A stretch of DNA of 64,000 nt from assembly GCF_001194135.2 (NCBI RefSeq), contig NC_069001.1, forward strand, positions 34,023,120 through 34,087,119. Reading direction: 5' to 3'. Positions 54,054 to 64,000 of this stretch are shown here, in pieces. The notes beneath the pieces are model-generated. The model did no database searches, was not told the DNA's origin, and saw only the letters and a list, made by a program, of their open reading frames with translations. The position numbers and the translations under genes were made by a program. Within the stretch, counting starts at the first letter, position 1. Each line of letters starts with the position of its first letter. This DNA comes from Octopus bimaculoides. Lineage: Eukaryota.

Positions 54054-55596
54054 GACATGCTTCAGTTTCCTTCTACCGAATTCACTCGCAAGACTTTGGT
54101 CAGGCCAGGCCCATAGTGGAAGGCACAAGAGCTCAAGGTACTGTGCAGTAGGACTGAACCTGAGACCACATAAATGAATTAGCTACATAGACACATACGT
54201 GGTTAAAAAGTCAAGTTCTGCGACTGGTTATCAATAGGTGTCATTGTGACCTTGAGTATAAAAGTGGTAGGATGTCAGTGTGACTTGGATGATAATTGTA
54301 CTCATGCAGAATTGAACTGTAAAGCTAAAGGTCATTTAATCTTTTGTGTTGTGGCACAACATGTAGGAAACCCTGCCCCTTTACCCTTTATCAGTACTTC
54401 AAACAAAAGTTCACTATATTGTGATGAGATAATCCAATAGGATTGAGCTATGTTGGCTTATTAAAGTTATTTTCTTCTATTTTTTAGGTTTCTATTCCTC
54501 TTTTGAAGTGCACTAATCACAGCACACATGCATTTTATGTACACAATAAAACATCTTACACACACACACACACACACACACACGAAACTCATATGTGTGT
54601 GCATGTATTTAATATTATAGTCATATAATTTTGATATATATATATATAATTTCTGCTTATGTATTTTATACATTATAGACTTATATAATATTTTTTAATT
54701 CTGTAGGCACATGTACATGCACACATGCACAAAGAACAAACTTATATGTGTGTGTATGTGTATATTAAATATTATAGTCATGTAATGTTCATATATATAT
54801 ACACATACGTACACACATAGGCACAAACTAACCACCCATCCCAACAAACAGCACTAAAAATAATAACAGCTATCAATATGCAATCCAAATTATTGATCTG
54901 CTTTATATCTGCATTAACTGCCCAACATTGACGTCTCTTGGGGAATAAATGGGTTTTATTTATCCTCAATAGGACAAATTTACAAATGAAATATATCAAT
55001 AAATAAACAAACAAATGAACGATGGATAAAATTTGAGATAAATTAATTTATTTTCTATTCATGGGTAGGGATTTACCTGTGCACAAGGTAATGCTTGATT
55101 GTGTATATTCTTTCTTTATTTTTTAATTATTATTTTCTATTTAATATTTCATTTTAACCACTTCAATTTCATTGCTTATTCTGATGGGATTGAGCATTCA
55201 GAAATCCCTAATAATAATAACATATTCCATCTATGAAATGGCCAAAACAGACATTAAAAGTATATCGTTTTTTTTTTTAGTTTTATTTCCATTTTTCTGT
55301 AACCCCTAAAAGCAAACATTTTTTCTGTACTTTTCTTCAGGATAAATATATTTTTTCTCTTTCATCATAGAAAGAGAAAAGCAATGATATGGTCATGTCT
55401 CACCCTTCACCTCAGAATAAGACGATGGAGTGGATCATTTATTTTGGGGCATATAAGTTAAGGTGAAAGTGTGAAGGTAGTAAAAGTTTAGAGTTTGGCA
55501 AAGTTAGAAGTTTCTCCAGAGAAAAAAACTTAAAACTCGAATGATACAGCATGTGGATATTTTCTGATAATTCATGTTATATTTGTTACGGTTTAA

Positions 55597-55870
55597 TAGG
55601 GTTCTATTCCTAGCAGTGCATTGTGGTCTTGAGCAAGACACTTTATTTCACTCTGCTCCAGTCCACTCAGTAGGTAAAAAAATGAATAGTTGACCTGTAG
55701 TTCAAAGAGCCTGCCTTGTTGCAGTGTGTCATTCTGAATCTCCCTGAGAACTACATTAAGGGTACACGTGTCTGTGGAGTGCTCAGCCACTTGCACATTG
55801 ATTTCTCAAGCAGGCTGTTCAGTTGAATGGATCAAGTGGAACACTCGTCATTGTAACTGACAGAAAACCA
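55597..55870 (+). mobile_element. Family E SINE-like element
   Basis: TTGAGCAAGACACTTTATTTCAC..TGCTCCAGT.CACTCAG body is shared with 39557-39830. Confidence 0.65.
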
Positions 55871-55895
55871 GGTCAGCACAGTTAGTACAGGTTTA

Positions 55896-56084
55896 ACATT
55901 TGGAAGAGTGTATAACTATAGGTGCAGGTGATGCACATTTGGAAGAGTGTAACTATATGTGCATGTGATGCACATATGGAGGAGTGTAACTATATGTGCA
56001 GGTGATGCACATATGGAAGAGTGTGTATCTATGTACATGTGATGCACATATGGAGGAGTGTGTAAATATATGTGTATGTGATGC
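55896..56084. repeat. 37-39 bp minisatellite x5
   Basis: Unit ACAT(T/A)TGGA(A/G)GAGTGT..ACTATA.GTGCA.GTGATGC. Confidence 0.9.
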
Positions 56085-57639
56085 ATGTGTGTGGTAAGCA
56101 GTGTAGAATAGAAAGCATAGCAAGTAAGTAAACCAAGTCCAGGTTCCAAATTTTTGATTTTGTTTGAAATTGGTTCAACCCACATCATTAACGAAAGCAA
56201 ACTCAACATTTTCACACCATCCACTTTACATTCTGCCATAAAGATTTTTACTCTCTGCTTAATCAGAGAAAAGCAGAGATGAACTTTCCAAATTGACCAT
56301 CTCAGAAACAACATAACAGTCACTGCATAATACACCATTATTATATATAAACATACACACACACACACACATACGTATGCTTAAAACTGGAACATGCCCA
56401 TAAACGTCTCCTTTCCTGTTATAAAAGATTACATTCATCTAAACATATAAAATGCAAATTAACTTGGTGAAATTCTTAAAAAATTCTTGAAATTATTTCC
56501 TTTATTATTGGAGACTCAGTAACAATTACCACTAGTTTTATGTTTTCTTCAACTGACGAAAGGGAAATTTTAATTAATTAAGAATTTCTTTGTATATATA
56601 ATCTTGTACATCAATGTTAACATATTTACTTAATATATAGAGCAAACATGGCTTTGTGGTTAAGAAGTCTGCTTTTCAAAGACATGGTTTCAAGTTCATA
56701 CCCATTGTGTAGCACCTTGGGTTAGTGTCTTCTTCTTTATCACAGGATCCATCAAAGCCTGCTGAGTAGCATTCATCAAAGCCTTTTGATAGATAGAAAC
56801 TGAAAGAAGCCCATCATATATGTGTACCTGGGTAGGTACGAATATGTGTGTGCTTCTAAAATACATTTGAAAAACTGAAGGTTGTAAAATATTGGTTTCA
56901 AATTTGGGCACAAAGTCAGAAATTTCAGGGGAGGGGTTAACTTGATTACATCAACCCCATTACTCAACTGGTACTTATTTTGTTGACCTCAGAAGGATGA
57001 AAGGCAAAGTTGACTAAAGCAGAATTGTTAAGATGGATGAAATTCTGCTCAGCATTTAGCCTGGCATGCTAACAATTCAGCTAGTTTTACAGTCTTAAGG
57101 TTATAGAATATAGAAATGTGAAAGTACTTAGATTTATTCAAAATGTAAATAGAAACTATATTTTTATCAAAATAAATTCAAATTAGAATTTTGAAGATTT
57201 TGCTATCATTTTAGAAGTAAATAGACACCTTTATAATCATTAAAATTTATTTAAACCTGAAATTATACATTCAAATTATTTATTAATTGTTATAATATAA
57301 ATATTTAATATTTAGTAGACCTGCCCTTTGTATTTTGCAATGCAAGGACTCTATTGGACATGTTACTGCTTCCTTTCCCTTTTTGTTTCGCACTTTCCTC
57401 TCACCTATACCACATTGACATCTTGCAAACTCCACTCACCCTTGACTAACCACCTGCACCCCAAACCACTCACACACACCTCCTTCCTATGCCCATCTCC
57501 TATAGAGGAACACAACACCTCTGCCTCTTCCTCTTTGTAACTCCTCCCCCTAGAACTGCATTCCCACCTGGTCCCTAAAGCTTTTTCTTCTTCTTGCCTC
57601 TTTTTTCACCATCTTACCTTCATGTTTTGCTTTTCTGAT

Positions 57640-58001
57640 GAACACACACACACACGCACACGCACACACGCACACACACACACACAGTTGGGTTGATAGA
57701 TCCATGGATGGATAGATATGTGTGCGTCCTGAACATACACTCACTATACAGATGTATAGGCATTTCCTTCACCTGTACATGAAGATAATTATTTGTGAAT
57801 GTTGAAATGTGTTCATGTATTTTTCATTGTGCGCACACACACACACACACACACAGATAGATAGATGGATAGATATATGTGTGTATGTGTGTCCTAAGAA
57901 TACAGTCACTATATACAAGATGTATAGGTATTCCCTTCACCTGTACAAGAAGATAATTATTTGTGTATGTTGAAGTGTTCATGTATCTCACATTGTGCAC
58001 G

Positions 58002-58053
<52 letters not shown>

Positions 58054-58067
58054 TTCTNNNNNNNNNN

Positions 58068-58115
<48 letters not shown>

Positions 58116-58250
58116 GGATAGACATGTGTGTGTGTCCTAAACATACAGTCATTATATACAAGATTCATAGGATTTCCCTCCTCCTGTATATGAAAGGTTA
58201 TTTGCATATTGAAATGTATTCATGTAGCTATCATTGCACACACACACACA
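57640..58250. repeat. Tandem triplication of a ~150-190 bp unit bounded by (CA)n/(CT)n microsatellites
   Basis: GATGGATAGA.ATGTGTG.GTCCT..ACATACA.TCA.TATA...CC.TTCACCTGTA...TGTTGAA..GTGTTCATGTA...CATTG recurs three times. Confidence 0.85.
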
Positions 58251-61200
58251 CATATTATCTACTCTGGTGTATGTATATTATGGAATAAAATTTAATTAGA
58301 CATCACAATGCGATTAGTTGCTACATGAGCTAATTCTTAACATTTTTTCTTTTCTGTTTTTTTTTTTTTGAGTAGCCAGCCTGCATTGCTGAAGAACATG
58401 AGTATCTGGGGATAGATATTTGCACGAAATAGTAAAGTAATATGTTACTGAGATTGGCACCATCTTATGCAGCCCATAATCAGAGCTGGAATTTTAATCT
58501 AGTGGCAAAGTGGGCTGAGACTTTTGGGAACTTTTATATAAGTTTGAATCCACGAGTGACTTAGCCAGTACCCCATCATTCCAAAAATACAGTACCTACT
58601 TTTAGCTGGGTGGACCAGGTCATCTTAAAGTTAAGAGTCATGGATAAATACACAACTTAGTAAATGTTGAGAAGAGAAGAAATTACTTTTCCACTAGTTG
58701 TCCAAGCAGTGTTCTCACAGTCAGTTTTATATATCCAGATAGTATCGTATTGATATGCTAAACATTTAATTATACATCAACTATACATCAAAGTGTATAT
58801 AATTACATATCAATTTTATGGTATGTTTGTATGATATTATAGACTATAATTCTTCATGTTGTTATCACTTTGATGGAATAGCATGGAATAAACATTGTTG
58901 CTAGTTGCATAGTATTTGTGCGATTTATGCATTATAGCCTATGTTATATATAATTTGAATTTCAAAGATATGTTTACCTGCATTCTTTAATCTTCCCTCT
59001 TTATAACATTGCTTAGTATCAGTCCCACCCCGCTTATATACATATATGATTACAGAAATTATATGCATACATTAAAATGTTTATTGATTTATACAGAGAA
59101 TTTGTCATTAATTTTCTTTGATGAATGTTATTGATTTCTTGATTGAAAATTATAATATTGCTAAATTGCTGTATCATTGAAGAGTGCTACATGGCAAAGC
59201 AAAGATGATACATTTGCACCCCACTCCATATTATGCCAGCCTCTGTACCCCATCCTCAAACCCAGTTCCTATTCTTCCGTTGAATCATCGATGCAAACAG
59301 AGTCTGAGACTAGCTGGAGGCAAGGGAAATTACGCTGACATAGTGAGAAGTTTGATAACTAGATAGCTGCTCATCAACATGTTTGATTCTGAATTAGTTC
59401 TTAATCGCTTCATACATCAGATATCAATTGCTTTTTAACAAACCAATTTTCTGTCTTGATATAGGGTCATGAACCCGACAAAATAGCAGCTACATTGAAA
59501 CCCTTATGACTTTCAGCAGTCCATCTCCCCTTTGAAGTAAGTGAATTAAGATGGAACCATACTAGCAGAAATTTCAGTTAGAAGTGATTGCAGTCTGTGT
59601 AAACCCTTAAAGATATCTTCATTTAGGGTCTGATTGGTTTTAAAGGAAGTAAAATGGGTTTCTTTTTCATATCTTATTTTGTGGGTTTGCCCTGCCCTCC
59701 TCTCTCTCTAGCAAATCTAGGATGACTCATCCCAATTCTGTGTCTTTCTTAATCTTTCTTTTCTCCGCAAACCCTTATTTTTATTTTCATTAGATGTAAT
59801 TCATTTTATTCTGTAAGGAAACTAACTGTAAATCTTTCTTTTCACCCTGGAGTGAATCATAAAAGTGGAAGCTACTGAATGATTAGATCTGTCCTGCTAG
59901 AGCTTGGATTCCTTCCCTCACACTCCTCTCTTTATCAAGTTTGCTCAGGCACAGACAGACTATATTGACAAAGAAAGAAAACAGAAACCCACACCAAACC
60001 TCACCAAACCTGACTTCTGATACTGATCTTTTATAACGTACATGATACATATGAAGGCTGGTGCTCTGCAACGTAGTCCTGTCATGCACATTTCTCTGGA
60101 TATGGTAGTTATTTTTGCTCTCTCCTCTACCTTTTATTTTCTCAATAGAAAACAATAATATTGTGTAGTGTAGTGTTATCTGTACCTTCTGACTAAGAAA
60201 CTAGGCTTCTTATCAATACAGTCTGTAATTTTGAGTTGTAATAAAAATAGGTAAATAAAGATGTGTATCTGTTAGAGTCCCCGACCATTGCTGAGTCATA
60301 TTTTGACATATCTCATCCAAGTGACTGACAGACTGATCAGCTATCAATGGATAAAGAATGCAAGAATAGTTTGGTCCAGTGTTTCTCATAGTGTGGTGGG
60401 GATGGTAGGGGTGGGATTATGAGGATCAGATAAGTGGACAGAAAAATTGCTATGTTTAATGAAATTATGATGGTTTCAAATATTTTAAACTCATCTGACA
60501 TTGTAACAAATAAAGAATTACATTGAAGCAAAATCTATTTTGAATTCTCATAAATAAAGCAGGAAGGACTAAGATTTTCTAAAATTTTGGGGTGGGGAAA
60601 GAGGGACTGGTAATTTGTCTGTTTGAGGATCACTTGTTTAGTCTGTTAGCCATTAAAGTTTAGTCAACGATGGATCCAGTTTCAATTCAGAGAGCAAAAC
60701 TAAAATTAAACTTCTTATTTTCTCTTCAGTTTTTTAAAAAACTTGTATTAGTTATTTTTTAAATTCTGTTTCCTTTCATTTGTTTCATGGACATCATAAA
60801 TTCTTTGAATGAAACATATTCAGTTTCTTGAGCATATCGTCAACATTTCAGTTTAACCTATTGTCAAAGTATTTAAATAAAATGAAATATTAGATTAGAT
60901 CTCAAGTTTCTGTTTTAAAAGAAAACTTTTGGCAACAAAAATGCTACATTATAGGAGAGAAGAATATTCGATTAAATCAAGCCCACTCACTATATTATTG
61001 ATATAATTTTATTGATCCTTAAACGATCCTAATGGTCGTTTATTCCTACTCGGGTTTGAACACTATAACTATATATTGCAAGGCATTTGATCCAACACAC
61101 ATTTGTTTCTTGGATCAATAACAGCAATTGCTGACAACAACATACAATAATGGATATACAAAAGTGTCGCATGGGCTAAATGGCTTTTTTTTTCCAGAGA

Positions 61201-61444
61201 TCCATTGATCAGCATCAGTTTTTATGGTGTCAAATTGATGACTGATAAGTTTTTCTTTGGATAAGATGCAGGTATATCACAGATAATATTACCAGCTGAT
61301 TTGATTTCCATTCCTGACAGTTGGATGAACAGAGTAGAACAAAGCATTCTGTTCAAATAGAAACACAGGCTTGGCTGTGAGGTCAAAAAGTTCTAAATTC
61401 CAATTCACTATACAACAACTTGAGTGAACAACTATCTTCTACTG

Positions 61445-61593
61445 CAATGGTTCTCAACTAGGGTCCACATGACCCTTTGGGTTCCATATTAGATTTTGCT
61501 GTTAAAGCTTATGTGCAATAAACTGGTTATATTTCTACAATACACAATATAAAATTTTTTTGTTTAATGCACATCCTAATAATATTTAATAAT
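61445..61593 (+). mobile_element. Partial copy of the hAT-type MITE, interrupted by a SINE
   Basis: CAATGGTTCTCAACTAGGGTCCACATGACCC... is colinear with the 37757 copy up to CCTAATAATA. Confidence 0.65.
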
Positions 61594-61797
61594 CCTTTCT
61601 GCTATAGGCACAAAACCTAAAATTTAAGAGGAGGAGATAAGTCGATTACATCGACCCAGTGTGTAACAGGTACTTATTTCATCAACCCCGAAAGGATAAA
61701 TGGAAAAATTGACCCTTCAGAATTCGTGAAGACAGAAGAAATACTGCCAAGCATATTGCCTGGCATGCTGAATATTCTGCCAGTTTACTGCCTTACA
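61594..61797 (-). mobile_element. Family B SINE inserted into the MITE
   Basis: Reverse-oriented family B body. 16-bp TSD AATAATATTTAATAAT at 61578-61593 and 61798-61813. Confidence 0.8.
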
Positions 61798-61929
61798 AAT
61801 AATATTTAATAATAAAAATATAATGCTGGTGAGGTTTGAACTGAAATCATAAATGGACATATATAAATGTCGCACTGCTTCTAGGGCAGCATTCTATCAG
61901 TTCCGCCTTTGCAATAATATTAATAATAA

Positions 61930-62380
61930 TGGTAAGGTGGTAAGCTGGCAGAGTCATTAGCACACCGGGCAAAATGCTTCGTAGTTGTCTGTCTGTCTTT
62001 ACATTTTGAGTTCAAATTCTGCTGGATTGACTTTGCCTTTTATCTTATTGGTGTTGATAAAATAAGTACCAGTTGAACACTGAGGTTGATGTAATCGACT
62101 TAACCACTCACCTGAAATTATTGGTCTTGTGTCAAAATTTGAAACCAATATTATTAATAATGATTTCTGATTTAGGTACAGAGTCAGAAGGTTTGAGGGG
62201 AAGGTTGTTAGTTGATGCAGTCAACCCCAGTAGGTGACTGGTACTTTATTGTATCAATCCCAGAGGGATGAAAATAAAATTTGATCTCAGTGGAATTTGA
62301 ACTCTAAACATAGAGGGTCAGAAGAAAGAGCACAAGGCAGTTTATCCTGTGTTCTTGCAATTCAGTCATTCCATCACAAT
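61930..62380. mobile_element. Two family B SINEs in opposite orientation
   Basis: A plus-strand copy with intact head GGTAAGGTGGTAAGCTGGCAGAG (about 61930-62150) is followed by a minus-strand copy (about 62160-62380). Confidence 0.75.
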
Positions 62381-63195
62381 GATAGTGACAATAGCAGTAT
62401 TAACAATGTCAAGAATATTAATAATTATTAATAATAGTTGCCAACTCAGTGGATTATACACTTTATTTATATTTGTTTTGTTTGGGGGATCTGAAAGGTA
62501 ATGTAAAAGTTTGTAGGTTAAACATAGATAGACTTGAAGGAGAGGTGTAAACAATTTCAAAAGTGGGTAAATGAATATAATATAAGAAGAAAAGAAATTA
62601 CAATAGAAAACGTATCTTCATCAATTATTGAAGAAATAAGCAAGATACTTAGTTTTATCAATTAGTTGGCAGGAAGGCAATTATATTTTGAAAAGAAAAC
62701 AACAAAAAACAAATTATGAATCAGTTATTTATATTTTATTAATAATTTTTTGAAGGAAGAATGAAGGATGCAATTGAGGTTTATTATGAAAAGATATTTC
62801 AAGAATGTAATTAAAAAAGATTTTGTTGTCAAACTCTAATTACAAACCCTTCAGATATTGTTAGGAGGTAGAATGAGTAGAATAAGCATTACATCCAAAA
62901 TAAGAATATATTGTATTATAAATTTCAGTCATACAATATGGGTTCTGCTGGGGATATTTGATATTTGTGTGCTTTAAGTGAAGAGAAATAGCCAACGGAA
63001 GAAAGATGTGTGCAATTTTCTAGTAATATTCTTTCATCAAAATAACAAAAATAGTTTGAACACCTCTACCAAAAACAGCTTCAGAAACAATTAAAGAAAC
63101 ACTGTATCATTGAGATAGTGTGATAAAATAAGCAGAATCATAAAATTTTATTATAATGAGACTACATTGTTTAATATATCCTTCTTTTTAAATGC

Positions 63196-63570
63196 AACAA
63201 AAGCACTCAGAGGATGCAAACCTCCACCAAGGCAACACCAGCATCCTCTCAACGATTAGCCAGAGATGATTTTTAAAATGAGAATATCTGAAATAAACTC
63301 GACTGCTTTCACAAACGAGAATACTAAAAATGAACCCAACCACTATAAAAAAATTAATTAAAAAAGCAGGAAAAATAATCCAGAATCCTTGTCCGGTACT
63401 GGATTGATCCCCAAAATCTAATAAGGTGGTGCTAGTCATGAGGCCAAACATCCCTGAAAATTTCATCCGAATCCATCCAGTGGTTCTTGAGATATCTTGT
63501 CTACAGACAAACAAACAAACAAACAAACATAATTGAAAACAATACCTCTGCTTTGCTAAAGGGGAGGTTT
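63196..63570 (+). mobile_element. Helentron-associated non-autonomous element (HINE/DINE-1-like)
   Basis: 5' subterminal ACCTCCACC (63220-63228), an internal (CAAA)n microsatellite, and a 3' hairpin ACCTCTGC-TTTGCTAAA-GGGGAGGT (63544-63568) whose right arm is inverted relative to the 5' motif. Flanks are T-rich. Confidence 0.65.
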
Positions 63571-64000
63571 CCACATCAAAGAAGCACTTCATATAATAAA
63601 ATAATGGAACTCCTGTTCTTTCGTCATTAATTTATCAATTAAACTCTGAATTAGCTTTCTGGATCGTATAAGAATCCGGAGTGGCAGACCACAGTGAATT
63701 TGCACTTCTTCATCACAAGAGCTTACTTATACTGTGTGTCATAAGTGTATTGAGTTCCAATAACTGGTTATTGGTACTACTACTACTACTACTATTACTA
63801 TGGCAAAATGATTTTATAAGATGCTTTGTTGTTTGAAACATTTCCTTCTAAAACTGAAAATGTCACAAAGAGAGATTAAGTTATTCTAGAATATCACTGT
63901 CAGTCTTTCTGTTTGTGGTTTTTAATAAAAGATTGAACAATGAAACCATGATCAGTCTGATTATTTAGCATCAACCACTTAAATATGCTAAGATTCACAA

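Noticed and set aside
772-58288. Most supplied ORFs with [16 protein letters not shown] or poly-S/F runs
   Set aside because: They are translations of microsatellites, low-complexity tracts or N gaps.
59464-59538. Strong AG...GTAAGT pairs (also at about 5506 minus and 49497 plus)
   Set aside because: All three frames are closed. They could only be non-coding exons, which the sequence alone cannot support.

Overview
AT-rich eukaryotic DNA, not prokaryotic. The dense (CA)n/(TA)n/(CAT)n/(AAT)n microsatellites and the recurring tRNA-derived SINE families point to a coleoid cephalopod, most likely Octopus sp. This is inferred from recognising the repeats, not from a database match. There are six N-gaps. 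Almost all supplied ORFs are microsatellite or low-complexity artefacts, and I recognise no protein-coding gene. A few phase-compatible candidate exons exist at about 4.5-7.5 kb and 15.7-18.2 kb, at low confidence. The window is mostly transposon debris: several SINE families (some in head-to-tail trains), RTE-type LINE 3' ends, a hAT transposase remnant, hAT- and Tc1/mariner-type MITEs, and a Helentron-like element. The most interesting signal is two unrelated short inserts, each flanked by a long direct repeat and each carrying a minimal type I hammerhead-ribozyme-like core. The first (7510-7791) has a 13-bp perfect TSD and ~95-bp inverted arms whose inner edge coincides with the predicted cleavage site. 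The second (53738-53902) has a 17-bp near-perfect flanking repeat. They look like non-autonomous Penelope-like or retrozyme-like elements. SINE family labels A-F are my own. Coordinates were counted by hand and may be off by a few bases.
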